A stretch of DNA of 64,000 nucleotides from an uncultured Pseudomonadota bacterium (GCA_963736005.1 CAVTNB010000001.1:576001-640000), one strand, 5' to 3'. Positions 26,415-36,718 are shown, numbered from the stretch's first letter. Made by a program: numbers and translations. Notes: generated by a model not told the origin, from the letters alone.

Positions 26415-26897
26415 CTACGGCTTAGGCGCTTCCCAAACTGATCCATCTGAAAACCTAACGAGTGTAGCCTCACAGGTTACATGGTCACGGTTCGGGTTGC
26501 CGTTACGACCATGCCAACTGCGTGGTCCTAGCAGATCGAGTGATGACCTTGGTGCGAGATTCAGTCCATTCGCAGCCTGGTTCGATGCGGTGTCTAAGTT
26601 CGCTGTGCCAAGGACTGCATTGAACGAGTCATAGGAAGTCATCATCACCCTTACCTCGATCACTGGTTTGGAAGAATTATTGGTGAGGGAGACACCAAGA
26701 TCGAAAAGCCGATTCCCCACTGCAGCGTGTATGTTTAAGACGGTCTTATTCCAGTCACGTGCCCAAGCTTCACACGATGTCAATGTGACTGGAGATCCCG
26801 GTGCGGAAATAACGGTAGCGGGATACTGCTTGTCTGCCAGAGCCGGAACAATTCCGGCAATCAGAAGGATCAACACCAGAAGAAGCCAGCTACGCAC
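26415..26897 (-). CDS. Secreted hypothetical protein
   Basis: Signal peptide ending PALA; C-terminal VRFSDGSVW. Confidence 0.65.
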   Translation of the reverse strand: MRSWLLLVLILLIAGIVPALADKQYPATVISAPGSPVTLTSCEAWARDWNKTVLNIHAAVGNRLFDLGVSLTNNSSKPVIEVRVMMTSYDSFNAVLGTANLDTASNQAANGLNLAPRSSLDLLGPRSWHGRNGNPNRDHVTCEATLVRFSDGSVWEAPKP

Positions 26898-26948
26898 TTC
26901 TACTCACCTGGCAGAGACGCAGATTCAGTCTGCGTGACATATTCTTAG

Positions 26949-27332
26949 CTAGGTTTCAAGTACAGACAAAATATTGCCAGCTGGGTCCTTAAACCAAGCT
27001 ATGTCAGGGCCTATGTTCTGCTCCTTACCCCGCATGATGCCTTTCTTGTCCGTCTTTGGACCACTTTCGTAGTGCTCGAACTGCACGCCTCGACTGGTTA
27101 GTTCATCCACCGCCCCATCAATATTCTCAACCGCAAAGTTTAAAATGGTGAACGTTGCGGGCTGATGAGTGCTTTTTGGATACGCAAACACCGTGCCACC
27201 GCCGGGCAAATGAAGCCTTATCCCTACGCCCTCATCGTCAACTCTTACTCCAAGGATCTCGGTATAGAATTTCTTTGCCTTTGCCAAGTCATCGACCGAA
27301 AAACCACTAAATGCCGTTTTTGCTTTCAGCAC
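26949..27332 (-). CDS. VOC/glyoxalase family protein
   Basis: [31 protein letters not shown]. Confidence 0.9.
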   Translation of the reverse strand: MLKAKTAFSGFSVDDLAKAKKFYTEILGVRVDDEGVGIRLHLPGGGTVFAYPKSTHQPATFTILNFAVENIDGAVDELTSRGVQFEHYESGPKTDKKGIMRGKEQNIGPDIAWFKDPAGNILSVLET

Positions 27333-27344
27333 AGGTTTGCTCCT

Positions 27345-27821
27345 CTATGGAGTCGCTAGCTCATATGCTTGTTGTAACTTTTCGATGTCAATCTTGTCCA
27401 TTTTCAGCATCGCTTGAAAAACTCTCTCCGATCTTGCCGGGTCAGGGTCTTCCATCATTTCGCTAAAGGCAGTGGGAATAATCTGCCACGAAATACCGTA
27501 CTTATCTTTGAGCCAACCACATCGTTGTTTCTCTCCTCCTTCGGAGAGCTTTTCCCACAACTCGTCCACTTCTTGCTGCGTCTTGCAGCGCACAAAAAAC
27601 GATATGGCTGGTGAGAAGGTGAAGTGTGGACCACCGTTAAGGGCGATAAACTCTTGCCCTTCGATTTCGAAGGTCACGCTCATGACCGGTTCCTTCTCTC
27701 CCGCTTCCTCTCCATCGCGACCGTCGCTTATTATCTTTGAATTCTTAAAAACTGAGATGTAGAAATGCATCGCCTCTTCGGCGTTACCGTCGAACCATAA
27801 GAACGGAGTGATTTTTTGCAT
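27345..27821 (-). CDS. VOC family protein, PhnB/3-demethylubiquinone-9 methyltransferase-like
   Basis: MQKITPFLWFDGNAEEA; LNGGP; CGWLKDKYGISWQI. Confidence 0.92.
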   Translation of the reverse strand: MQKITPFLWFDGNAEEAMHFYISVFKNSKIISDGRDGEEAGEKEPVMSVTFEIEGQEFIALNGGPHFTFSPAISFFVRCKTQQEVDELWEKLSEGGEKQRCGWLKDKYGISWQIIPTAFSEMMEDPDPARSERVFQAMLKMDKIDIEKLQQAYELATP

Positions 27822-27842
27822 GATTTTGTTCCTTCTCTTTGG

Positions 27843-27969
27843 TTATTTAGTTAATACGCCCGACCCCAACAGCTCAGCCATCCGGTCATAGCTCTCGGCT
27901 GCCCCGTGCTCCATACCAGTCTCGATCACTGCGTCGCGAATCTCGTGCGACGGAAACGGCGTTCTTCAT
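27843..27969 (-). pseudogene. SRPBCC/AHSA1-like gene with a large internal deletion
   Basis: GAGGAG SD and MKNA start are fused out of frame to FPSHEIRDAVIETGMEHGAAESYDRMAELL...stop. Confidence 0.75.
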
Positions 27970-27982
27970 CGCTGCTCTCCTC

Positions 27983-28360
27983 TTATCGCTTTGTGCGTCC
28001 ACGTTTCTTTTTGTTGGTTTTCAGCTCGCCAAGCAGCGCGTCGAGGCGTTGGAAGCTTCCTTCTAACGTTTGCCTGTACGATTCCAGCCAATCGGTTGCT
28101 TGCGCGAGCGGTTTTGCCTCGAGACGGCGAGGCCGACGCTGAGCGTCACGGCCACGCGAAATCAGACCGGCCCGCTCCAAGACCTTGAGGTGCTTGGAGA
28201 TGGCCGGCTGACTCATCGCGAAGGGCGCTGCCAGTTCGGTTACCGATGCCTCGCCCGAGGCTAGCCGCGCCAGGATCGCCCGCCGCGTGGGATCCGCCAG
28301 CGCCGCGAACGTTGCGTCGAGGCGCTCAGGAGTAAGGTGTCCATAACTTGTTGGTTGCAT
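27983..28360 (-). CDS. ArsR/SmtB family transcriptional regulator
   Basis: LDATFAALADPTRRAILARL...MSQPAISKHLKVLERAGLI. Confidence 0.92.
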   Translation of the reverse strand: MQPTSYGHLTPERLDATFAALADPTRRAILARLASGEASVTELAAPFAMSQPAISKHLKVLERAGLISRGRDAQRRPRRLEAKPLAQATDWLESYRQTLEGSFQRLDALLGELKTNKKKRGRTKR

Positions 28361-28549
28361 AACCTCTGAGTAATATAACACGAACCGGAAACCTTTGTCA
28401 AGACCTAGCGCAACGAGGCAACGCTCGGTTTATCACCAAGCAAGCGTAACGAACGTTGGCTTTGCACGTTGGGTAGCCCTGAGGGTGAGAGCAGGAAGCG
28501 TTCGACGCAACCGTAATACGCACGCAACTCACTTTTTCTCCAGTCAGTA

Positions 28550-29368
28550 TTGGCAAGAACCGTGCGATATTTTCTCGCTCTGCTCATCCTCGTTTGCGTC
28601 GCCTTACCAGCCTTTGGCAGCACTCATATGATCCAAGTGCTCGGCACCGAGCCATTGTTTGCAAAGGCCGAGTCGCGGGCGCAATTCCTCGCCATCATGC
28701 ACAAGTATCCCGACCGAGAACGAATCGCGCTCAACATGCTCGGCATCGATCGCGGAGAATTTGAGCGCGGCATGCAGTCTGCGAAGAGCATCGTGACGCA
28801 GGCGCCATTTCATCTGGATGCAATGGCATACTACGATGGAGGCGTCAAGGTGACATACGACGTTGACGTACCGACCCACACCTACATGTGGGTTCTGTCT
28901 GTCCGACACAAGACGGTGTACGTACCGCAACTGTGCGGAAATATTTCGACCGTTACGGCGGCGGGCATCGAGTCCTATCACGCCCACTTTCCAGTGACAG
29001 CGCAGACGCCCAAAATGATCAGCACCCAAGCTCTCGGGGGGCCGTCGCCGCAAGCCGCTATGCCGACGCAGGTGCCCGTTGCAACGCCTTTGGCTCAGCA
29101 ACCGGCAGCTGCGGCGGGCTTCAAGTTTCCTTGGTGGATAATCTTGTTGCCGGTAGCCTTGATCCACGGCGGCCATTCCAGTTCGTCGTCGACGCCGCCG
29201 CCAGTCGGGCCCACGCCGACGCCGACGCCAACTCCCACTCCAACGGGGCCACCGACAGCGACTCCGACGCCGACTGGGACTGCGACGCCGTGCTCAACCC
29301 CAACGCCAAGACCAACTCCAAAACCAACACCGACACCTTGCCCCACGGCTACCAAGGCTCGAACCTAG
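28550..29368 (+). CDS. Exported hypothetical protein with a late hydrophobic segment and Pro-Thr repeat tail
   Basis: Signal peptide; FPWWIILLPVALI; (PT)n tail. Confidence 0.7.
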   Translation: MARTVRYFLALLILVCVALPAFGSTHMIQVLGTEPLFAKAESRAQFLAIMHKYPDRERIALNMLGIDRGEFERGMQSAKSIVTQAPFHLDAMAYYDGGVKVTYDVDVPTHTYMWVLSVRHKTVYVPQLCGNISTVTAAGIESYHAHFPVTAQTPKMISTQALGGPSPQAAMPTQVPVATPLAQQPAAAAGFKFPWWIILLPVALIHGGHSSSSSTPPPVGPTPTPTPTPTPTGPPTATPTPTGTATPCSTPTPRPTPKPTPTPCPTATKART

Positions 29369-29462
29369 GCGCAATCGCGAGTTAGATTCGACACTAGCAT
29401 CCGCAGGCTTAGCTTGCGGAGCATTATGATGCAGTATCGCGCTTGAACTTTAGGGATCGCCC

Positions 29463-29762
29463 CTAGCCGCCGGCCATCGCTCCCACGACTAGAAAGGGTT
29501 CCGTCCCCAGTGCGACCGCGTTGGGAAGCGGGGCATCTGGCGATTCGTTTGACAGATCCTGCTCGCACGCGAAGAATCTCACGAAGGCGCGACGCTGTTG
29601 CGTGAGGTGGTCGCGAATAGTCCCGCGCAACATTGGGTAGGTGGTCTCGAGCGCGTCGAGGACCGAGCGCTGCGTGACGGCGCGGCTGTCAACGTCGAGC
29701 TGTACCTCGCCATTGACGCGCGCCAGGGTCCGCAGATGCGCTGGAAGGATAACCCGGATCAT
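29463..29762 (-). CDS. MoaD/ThiS-family ubiquitin-like protein
   Basis: [11 protein letters not shown]...C-terminal AMAGG; ATGA overlap with the upstream gene. Confidence 0.88.
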   Translation of the reverse strand: MIRVILPAHLRTLARVNGEVQLDVDSRAVTQRSVLDALETTYPMLRGTIRDHLTQQRRAFVRFFACEQDLSNESPDAPLPNAVALGTEPFLVVGAMAGG

Positions 29763-30874
29763 GCCAGCGTTTGTACTTCGACCGACAGCACGGCGGGAAG
29801 GTCTCGCACGATAGGCGCCCACTTATTTCCGGCGTCGCTCGATGCATACACTTGACCACCGGTCGTACCAAAGTACACGCCGCACGAGTCAAGCGAGTCT
29901 ACCGACATCGCATCGCGCAGCACATTAACGTAGCAGTTGCTTTGCGGCAAGCCCTTCGTGAGTGCTTCCCACTCGTTACCACCCGTCCGACTGCGATACA
30001 CCCGTAACTTTCCGTCGGGCGTGTAGTGCTCGGAGTCGCTTTTGATGGGAACAACGTAGATCGTGTCCGGTTCGTGCGCGTGAATGTCGATCGGAAAACC
30101 AAAGTCGGTCGGCAGGTTGCCGCTGATCTCGCGCCACGATTCCCCGGCGTCGTCGCTGCGCATAACATCCCAATGCTTTTGCATGAACAATACGCCTGGG
30201 CGCTTGGGGTGCATCGCAATCCGGTGAACGCAGTGCCCAACCTCGGCAGTCGGGTCCGGGATCTGCTCGGATCGCAGTCCGTGGTTGATGGGCCGCCAGG
30301 TCTTGCCGTCGTTGTCGCTGCGGAAGGCGCCAGCAGCCGAGATTGCAACAAACATCCTCCCTTTGTTGTTCGCATCCAAAATGATCGTGTGCAGGCACAT
30401 CCCGCCGGCACCCGGCTGCCAATGCTGGGCTGAGCCATGATTGCGCAGGCCGGAAAGCTCCTGCCACGTCAGCCCGCCGTCGGTCGTGCGGAATATGGCC
30501 GCGTCTTCTACCCCAGCATACACGGTGTCCGGATCGGTCAACGATGGTTCGAGATGCCACACTCGCTTGAACTCCCAGGGGTGTGGCGTGCCATCGTACC
30601 ACAGGTGAGTGCCCGGCACACCATCGTAGACGAATTGGTTACCTACCGGCTCCCAGGTCTTACCGCCATCGTTGGAGCGCTGGATAAGTTGTCCGAACCA
30701 GCCGTTGGACTGCGATGCATACAGGCGATCCTGGTCGATGGGTGATCCCTTGAGGTGGTAAATCTCCCAACCTCCAAAATGCGGTCCGTTGACATCCCAC
30801 TGTTCGCGCTTTGCGTCAGATGTGAGGATGAAGGCTCCTTTGCGCGTACCAACGAGCACCCGTACTCCACTCAT
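29759..30874 (-). CDS. BNR/Asp-box repeat beta-propeller (sialidase-like) protein
   Basis: Repeated SxDxGxTW-type boxes ([32 protein letters not shown]). Confidence 0.88.
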   Translation of the reverse strand: MSGVRVLVGTRKGAFILTSDAKREQWDVNGPHFGGWEIYHLKGSPIDQDRLYASQSNGWFGQLIQRSNDGGKTWEPVGNQFVYDGVPGTHLWYDGTPHPWEFKRVWHLEPSLTDPDTVYAGVEDAAIFRTTDGGLTWQELSGLRNHGSAQHWQPGAGGMCLHTIILDANNKGRMFVAISAAGAFRSDNDGKTWRPINHGLRSEQIPDPTAEVGHCVHRIAMHPKRPGVLFMQKHWDVMRSDDAGESWREISGNLPTDFGFPIDIHAHEPDTIYVVPIKSDSEHYTPDGKLRVYRSRTGGNEWEALTKGLPQSNCYVNVLRDAMSVDSLDSCGVYFGTTGGQVYASSDAGNKWAPIVRDLPAVLSVEVQTLA

Positions 30875-30904
30875 TCTTTGCTCCTTCCTAACGAAACCGC
30901 GAGG

Positions 30905-31966
30905 CTAGTGGCTATCTCGGAACAGGTCAACCATCGGCACCACGCCGGGCGCATTGGCTTGGCGTAAGTGCGTCGTGATTCCAAAAGCATCCTCGATGGT
31001 CCGAAGCAGCGAGTAGTGGCTGTACGGCGTCGGATCGACCAAAGCGCGTGGCCCATGATTTGCAATGACGATCGTGGGAATACGGCCGCCACCGGCGTTG
31101 GCGGGATCGCTTCGGTCGATGCCGCAGCACCCTTCTTTGCCATGGTGATCGTCTTCATCAAAGGTGATCACAATCGCGTCGCGATCCGACGAACCCCAGG
31201 TTTTCGAAGCCATGATTTCGTCGACCAATATCTTTGCGTGGGCATCTCCCCGCTGGATCAACGCCGACAGATTTTGATCTTGGCAATCCGCTGGCGCATT
31301 TTCCCCGACACCGTGCATGTCATTGCACAGGTTGGGGATGATCATCGCGAGATTTGGAAGTTTATTCGAGCTCAGATCTGCTTTCAATTGCGTGAAATCG
31401 ACAATTTTCTGCGCGCGCGATGGGCTATCTTGGACATCGACAAAGTTCAAGAAGCCTGAGTGTTTGGAAGCATACACGATTGGTCCCTGAGGATCGCTTG
31501 GATCTACCGCCGCAACCGCAAGCGAGCCTGGGGCTGGCAGTGATTCGTTGTAGCTCTTCCACGTCAAGCCTGCGGTCTGTAACTGCGTACCGATATTCGG
31601 CGCGTCGATCGTATGATTGGCATACCATGGGAGCCATGAAAACTTGCAATTCGGCCGCTTGTCACCGCTCTTGCAATAGTACGCGTCGTCGTCGAGGATG
31701 CCAAAGGTGGCACCACCAACGAGGGCGACGTAGTTTGGCTCGCTTGGATGGGTCTCCGCGTAGAAGTTGCTCGCAAGGCCATAGGTTTTTGCAAGATTGG
31801 TCAAGGCCGGCGCGTCGGGACCTCCGATGATCGCCGCGCTCTTGTTTTCTTCGATGATGACAAAGATATGGTTGAAACGCGGCATCTCGCTGTCGCGAGA
31901 CGCGGGAGCCGCTGCAAACGCGAAAAACGATGCAGTCAGGAGTGGAATGAGGCGCCGAAGTCGCAT
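30905..31966 (-). CDS. Secreted phosphoesterase/acid phosphatase family protein
   Basis: HIFVIIEENK; THPSEPNY; CNDMH; ITFDE; HYSLLRTIEDAFG. Confidence 0.88.
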   Translation of the reverse strand: MRLRRLIPLLTASFFAFAAAPASRDSEMPRFNHIFVIIEENKSAAIIGGPDAPALTNLAKTYGLASNFYAETHPSEPNYVALVGGATFGILDDDAYYCKSGDKRPNCKFSWLPWYANHTIDAPNIGTQLQTAGLTWKSYNESLPAPGSLAVAAVDPSDPQGPIVYASKHSGFLNFVDVQDSPSRAQKIVDFTQLKADLSSNKLPNLAMIIPNLCNDMHGVGENAPADCQDQNLSALIQRGDAHAKILVDEIMASKTWGSSDRDAIVITFDEDDHHGKEGCCGIDRSDPANAGGGRIPTIVIANHGPRALVDPTPYSHYSLLRTIEDAFGITTHLRQANAPGVVPMVDLFRDSH

Positions 31967-32005
31967 CCCCCGATTTTGCCTTCGAACCGGAAGGAGTCCT
32001 CTCGA

Positions 32006-32767
32006 TTAAAGTTTGGGCACGAGGAGAAAAACAATACCGAGAAGCGCGATCAGCGATCCGCTGAGCACCTCTCCATAACGTTCTAAGGGACCGAGGTCGA
32101 GCGCTCGCGCGCCGACGGTTGAGGCAACGCAGAGTACCACGTATGTCACGATCGTTGCAGCCCCAAAAACCAGCGACATAATCCCAAGCAATCCGAGCCC
32201 GTAGCGGCTCGCAGCAAAAAAAGCGGGAATGCCTTCAACCATGGGCGAGGAGCCCACGATGAGCAAGAGGGCAGTACGCGAGGAAGTCTTGTGTTCGTGT
32301 TCGTGCACCGGGGGGCTCGTCGCGTGAGCGTCAACCTCGTGCCAATCATGTTCGTGATGCAGATGCCAGTGGACGTGCTCGGTGCCTTCGGGATGTCGGT
32401 GCAGATGAGAGTGGCCAAAGTGCGCGTGGCCGGGATCGTGGTGCAGCTCCCGCCAGCTGCCGATGGCGATCCACGCGCCAAAAAGAATGAGAGCCAGCGA
32501 TGACGCGAGATTAACCGCCTGACCGAACCGCGCAGCAAGCGCCACACCTGCAAACCACACGATCGCCGCAATCACAAGCGTCGAGAGGGTGTGCCCCAAT
32601 CCGGCAACGGCGGCGGTGCGAGCTGTTTGCGCCTTGGTCCAGCCTTGTTGCCTGGCCAGCAGTGCAATCGGCGCCCAGTGATCCGGCACGAGCGTGTGAA
32701 GTACGCCCACTGCGGCGACGGCGAAAATCAAAAGCGCTGGCGAAAGGGATGCTGGATTTGCGCTCAT
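32006..32767 (-). CDS. NicO/RcnA-like Ni/Co transporter with His-rich loop
   Basis: HTLVPDHW; GLGHTLS; HHDPGHAHFGHSHLHRH...; multiple TM helices. Confidence 0.75.
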   Translation of the reverse strand: MSANPASLSPALLIFAVAAVGVLHTLVPDHWAPIALLARQQGWTKAQTARTAAVAGLGHTLSTLVIAAIVWFAGVALAARFGQAVNLASSLALILFGAWIAIGSWRELHHDPGHAHFGHSHLHRHPEGTEHVHWHLHHEHDWHEVDAHATSPPVHEHEHKTSSRTALLLIVGSSPMVEGIPAFFAASRYGLGLLGIMSLVFGAATIVTYVVLCVASTVGARALDLGPLERYGEVLSGSLIALLGIVFLLVPKL

Positions 32768-32784
32768 GCGGCCCGCCTAGTTAA

Positions 32785-32818
32785 ATGGCGCAGCGGACCT
32801 TGGGGTCCGCCGCACCAT
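32785..32818 (-). terminator. Long hairpin downstream of the 32858-33430 gene
   Basis: Reverse complement ATGGTGCGGCGGACC-CCAA-GGTCCGCTGCGCCAT; short U-tract. Confidence 0.45.
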
Positions 32819-32823
32819 TCAAT

Positions 32824-32847
32824 GCGCGAATAAATTCGCGCGACTAC
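32824..32847 (-). repeat. REP-like palindrome, family 2
   Basis: GTAG-TCG-CGCGAATTTATTCGCG-C; related copy at 58895-58916. Confidence 0.6.
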
Positions 32848-32857
32848 AAGTCCCCTG

Positions 32858-33430
32858 CTACATGGTCTTGTTGCAGACGGTGTCGACGCTAACCCATCTC
32901 CCGCTGCTGCGCTCTTTGAAGGTCGTGTGCGAGGTCAATTTCGTGTCGCTGACCTTTGTGTTGATTAGGGGGGTCACCGCGACGACATCCATACCCGGTT
33001 TGAAAAGGGCGTCGGTCCAGACCATCGTGTTTCCGGTCCACCCCGGTGACGTCGAGGCGTCGTACGCACCGAAGTCGCCGACGTTAATGTCAACCCAACG
33101 CTTTGTGTCAGAGTCCCACGTCACCCAGTCAGTCGCACCGGCCTTCGGAGCCCAGGACGTCTTTGCTGTGGTAGACTTGGTCACCATGAAGTAGCCGGTC
33201 GGATCCATTGTCGTAACCGACGTTGTGATATAAGGACCCGGGCGTCTGGCGCTTTTTGTGCTACACATCCACGTGCCGAGTGAAAAATTCATTGACGAGA
33301 AGTCGGGCTTGCCCGGGGCCGGGATAGGTGTACTCTCAATCTTAGGCGAGCTCGCCGCGAGAGCTATGGTTGTTGCCGCACAAACAACGACTGCCAGCGC
33401 GCCGAACATGTTAAACCATCGAACTGTCAT
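32858..33430 (-). CDS. Secreted hypothetical protein (beta-barrel suspected)
   Basis: Signal peptide; LGTWMC; WDSDTKRWV; terminal CNK; AGGAGG SD. Confidence 0.7.
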   Translation of the reverse strand: MTVRWFNMFGALAVVVCAATTIALAASSPKIESTPIPAPGKPDFSSMNFSLGTWMCSTKSARRPGPYITTSVTTMDPTGYFMVTKSTTAKTSWAPKAGATDWVTWDSDTKRWVDINVGDFGAYDASTSPGWTGNTMVWTDALFKPGMDVVAVTPLINTKVSDTKLTSHTTFKERSSGRWVSVDTVCNKTM

Positions 33431-33500
33431 TCATTCCTCCTTGTAGGGGATGGTTCGAGACACTAGTCTTCAGTTTCGGTTGGCTGGCGCCCTACCAAGC

Positions 33501-34130
33501 TCACCACTTTGGCTTGCGGTAGCCAAGCAGTCCCGCGTGCACACCCAGCCGATCGATGCGGTAAAGTCGATCGACCTGCGATTTGGTCAAGAGTTTTTTG
33601 TGAGGCATCTCGAGCAGGTACTCGGGGATGTACCATACCGGTTTTTCGGATGCCATCCAGTTGCGCCGGTCGAAGCGGGCGAGATTCACCGGGCGCGAGT
33701 AGCGGCGCAGCGTGCGTTCGCCCAGGTCGTTGAAGTAGTCGTCGAAGTACGACATGGCAAGTTCGCGCAGTGTGCGATAGATTGGCATGCGGTCGCGCAA
33801 TCCCGTGAAGTGAGATTTCGCTATCGCACCCCAGTATCCGCGCACCCGGTAGAGTGCTAGGACATGGTCGGTGTCGCGGTTAGCTTCCAGATCGAAGACA
33901 AGTGGCGGATAGCCGATCGCGCGCAATGCTGCAGCAGCGAGCAACGCTCCCTCCAAGCAGTGCGCGGTTTGCTCTTGCAAGACTCGCCTTGGCGACCACG
34001 CGGTGTCCGCTTTGTGATACGAAAACGAATCGAGCAGGCGTTGAATACCTTTGGGAGTGCGAAGACGCTCGAGCATTCGCCACTCTCTTTTTGAGAAACC
34101 AAAAGCTCCATTGCCTGGCTCGAGCTTCAT
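33501..34130 (-). CDS. Conserved hypothetical protein, transglutaminase-like
   Basis: SPRRVL...AHCLEGALLAAAAL...DTDHVLALY...WGAIAKS; ATGA overlap start. Confidence 0.7.
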   Translation of the reverse strand: MKLEPGNGAFGFSKREWRMLERLRTPKGIQRLLDSFSYHKADTAWSPRRVLQEQTAHCLEGALLAAAALRAIGYPPLVFDLEANRDTDHVLALYRVRGYWGAIAKSHFTGLRDRMPIYRTLRELAMSYFDDYFNDLGERTLRRYSRPVNLARFDRRNWMASEKPVWYIPEYLLEMPHKKLLTKSQVDRLYRIDRLGVHAGLLGYRKPKW

Positions 34131-34807
34131 GGATTTGCCGTCATGACGAGCCATTCGCCGCCCGCGTCGCTCGTGCGACCGCGCTCGACGAATCCATTGT
34201 CGCGATACGCTGCAATGGCAGCAAGATTGTCCGGACGAACTTCTAATCGCACTTCGGGTGCTTTGCGCTGCGCGAGATAGAGGAGGCCCGCGCGGACGAG
34301 AGCTTTGGCGACACCTTTCCCGCGCGCCGCAGGTGAGACGGCAATGTTGAGCAGCTGCGCATCGCCCGCGGTACGAAAGCGTGCTGCGCCGCCGACGAAC
34401 AGCACTTTGTTCCACAAAAGTCTTCCTACGTGGAACCAGCGGATACCGTAGCGACCGCTCAGTGCTCGGGCAGCCCAAACAAGAAGTTTTCCTTCTTGTA
34501 GAGCACGTCGCTGAAGCGTCTTGATGGAATGTGTGAAGATTGCGTAACCAACCAGATCCGCGCCGCTGCGGGCGGCGAGGAAACCACCTGGTTCTACGGT
34601 GCGGACAAACGTCCAGACGTCTCGCATAGCATCTGGTTTTGGTTCGGTCCCATAGATGAGCCGCACATTATCGCGGAAGGCATTGAGGAAAATGTGCACG
34701 GCAGCATCGATTTCGGCCTGTTCGATCGGACTAACGACAAGCGGACCTACAGGTCCGCTGCTGCATTGGCTGGCCGTCAAAATAAGAGCCCCCTCGACTG
34801 GACCCAA
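34127..34807 (-). CDS. GNAT N-acetyltransferase, RimI-like
   Basis: LLNIAVSPAARGKGVA; LEVRPDNLAAIAAY. Confidence 0.85.
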   Translation of the reverse strand: MGPVEGALILTASQCSSGPVGPLVVSPIEQAEIDAAVHIFLNAFRDNVRLIYGTEPKPDAMRDVWTFVRTVEPGGFLAARSGADLVGYAIFTHSIKTLQRRALQEGKLLVWAARALSGRYGIRWFHVGRLLWNKVLFVGGAARFRTAGDAQLLNIAVSPAARGKGVAKALVRAGLLYLAQRKAPEVRLEVRPDNLAAIAAYRDNGFVERGRTSDAGGEWLVMTANP

Positions 34808-34856
34808 CGCTGGGGCACGTCCGAGGAGGCCGAAAAGATGGCGCTAGAGCCTTGCG

Positions 34857-35147
34857 TTATTTCTTCTTAGCACCCTTTTGCACGGCTTCGCGCAAGTCTT
34901 TACCAGGATGAAACGCGGGAACGCTGCGGGCCGCGATCATGAGCTTCTCGCCCGTCTTGGGGTTGCGCCCTTCGCGAGCTTTGCGCTTCCGAACCTCGAA
35001 GCTGCCAAATGGAATGAGCTGCACTTTCTCGCCTTTCGCTAGTGCGCCTTTGATGCTCTCAAGAGTATTGTCGACAACGTCTGCGACATCGCGGCGCGGC
35101 AACTCTGTCTTGCTTGTTATCTCTTCGATCAGCTCGGCCTTGGTCAT
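34857..35147 (-). CDS. hup: DNA-binding protein HU
   Basis: MTKAELI...FGSFEVRKRKAREGRNPKTG. Confidence 0.95.
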   Translation of the reverse strand: MTKAELIEEITSKTELPRRDVADVVDNTLESIKGALAKGEKVQLIPFGSFEVRKRKAREGRNPKTGEKLMIAARSVPAFHPGKDLREAVQKGAKKK

Positions 35148-35281
35148 CGGTCACCTCTCTATTACTTCAGCAAAATAACGCGCGAATGTTCGCGCTCGTT
35201 ACAGGAGCGTTCGCGCGACGATTGCCTGCTCCGGCACAACCTGTTAGCGGACTGCACCTTGATTCCTCCCGTTTTTGCCTC

Positions 35282-35743
35282 TCAATCCCTTATTTCATCG
35301 AGCATTGCGACAGCCGAGCGCAGTGCGAGGAGATATGAGCGGGCGCCAAAACCAAACACACCTCCATTGACGACCGGCGCGATGACGGAACGGCGGCGGA
35401 ACAACTCACGCGCATAGATGTTCGTGAGGTGGATTTCTATTTTCGGCACGCTGACTGTGGCGAGCGCGTCGCGGAGGGCATACGAGTAGTGCGAGTAAGC
35501 ACCCGGATTGATGATGATGGCACGATGCGCCCGTGCCGCAGCATGGATTGCGTCGATGAGAGCGCCCTCTGAAGAGTGTTGCGCAATTGAAATATCGCAG
35601 CCGAGCTCGCGCGCGAGCTTTCGGAGGCTGGAATTGATTTCCTCAAGCGTGGTTGTGCCGTAGACCTGCGGCTCGCGCTTGCCGAGCATGTTGAGGTTGG
35701 GGCCGTGAAGGATCGCGACGGCTTTGCGGTTTCGTTTCTTCAT
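35282..35743 (-). CDS. aroQ: Type II 3-dehydroquinate dehydratase
   Basis: HGPNLNMLGKREPQVYG; INPGAYSHYS; EIHLTN. Confidence 0.95.
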   Translation of the reverse strand: MKKRNRKAVAILHGPNLNMLGKREPQVYGTTTLEEINSSLRKLARELGCDISIAQHSSEGALIDAIHAAARAHRAIIINPGAYSHYSYALRDALATVSVPKIEIHLTNIYARELFRRRSVIAPVVNGGVFGFGARSYLLALRSAVAMLDEIRD

Positions 35744-35827
35744 GATTTGGCTTGCCTGCTTGCTCCTCGCCTTCGCCTCATTTGGAGCAGCGGACCTTTG
35801 GGGTGGCTCCAGAATTGTCATGCACAA

Positions 35828-36718
35828 ATGAACAAGGACTACAGCGCCTCAGCGCTGGCCGCGGGTGACAGCGTTCGCATCGTCGCGGCGAGGACCACCG
35901 TTTTGGTATCCGAAGCACAGGCGCGGCACGATTGTTCACCTAGTGTCACAGCCGCCCTCGGACGGCTCTTGACCGGTGCGGCGCTGATGGGGACGCTGCT
36001 TTCGGGGCGTGAACGGATAACGCTGCAAGTGGCAGGCGACGGACCGGTACGCGGGCTGGTCGCGGACGTCACCACCGGCGGGCGCGTGCGCGGATATCCC
36101 CTGCGACCACGCGCCGAGATCCCGCTCAATGCTCGCGGTAAGTTTGACGTGGCTGGGCTCGTTGGTCGAGGGTCCTTACACGTCACCCGTACGTTCGATA
36201 CCGGGCTCCCGTACACGAGCGCTGTGCCGCTCGCAAGCGGCGAGGTCGGCGATGATCTTGCGCATTACTTCGTCCACTCGGAGCAGCTGCCGTCGGTGGT
36301 GGCGGTCGGCGTCCTCGCCAATCCGCAGGGAGTCGCAGCTGCAGGCGGTTTTTTTGCGCACCTGCTTCCAGGAGCGAATGAGGGAACGATTGGTCTCTTA
36401 GAAGAGACGGTTGCCCAGTTGCCCCACCCAAGCTCCATGATTCGAGAAGGCCTTCTCCCGGAAGACATCATCGCACGGGTGGGTCAAGATTTGGCTCCTC
36501 GGGTCACGCATGTGGCTCCTGTGAATTTCACTTGTTCGTGTAACCGCGAGCGCGTCACGCAGGTGCTGGTTGGTTTGGGTCCCGCCGAGCTTGCGCAGAT
36601 GGCCAACGCAGAAACGGACACAGAGGTAACCTGCGATTTTTGCGGGCAGCGATATCACTTCGCGCCGCAAGAGATTGGGGAGTTGCTCGAATCGGCTCGT
36701 CAGCGTTCCTACCCTTAA
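35828..36718 (+). CDS. hslO: Hsp33 redox-regulated chaperone
   Basis: AALGRLLTG; SEQLPS; zinc ligands CSC and CDFC. Confidence 0.93.
   Translation: MNKDYSASALAAGDSVRIVAARTTVLVSEAQARHDCSPSVTAALGRLLTGAALMGTLLSGRERITLQVAGDGPVRGLVADVTTGGRVRGYPLRPRAEIPLNARGKFDVAGLVGRGSLHVTRTFDTGLPYTSAVPLASGEVGDDLAHYFVHSEQLPSVVAVGVLANPQGVAAAGGFFAHLLPGANEGTIGLLEETVAQLPHPSSMIREGLLPEDIIARVGQDLAPRVTHVAPVNFTCSCNRERVTQVLVGLGPAELAQMANAETDTEVTCDFCGQRYHFAPQEIGELLESARQRSYP

Noticed and set aside
29200..29345. Short tandem DNA repeats, possible CRISPR or VNTR
   Set aside because: They encode Pro-Thr repeats with varied codons; no repeat-spacer structure and no cas genes
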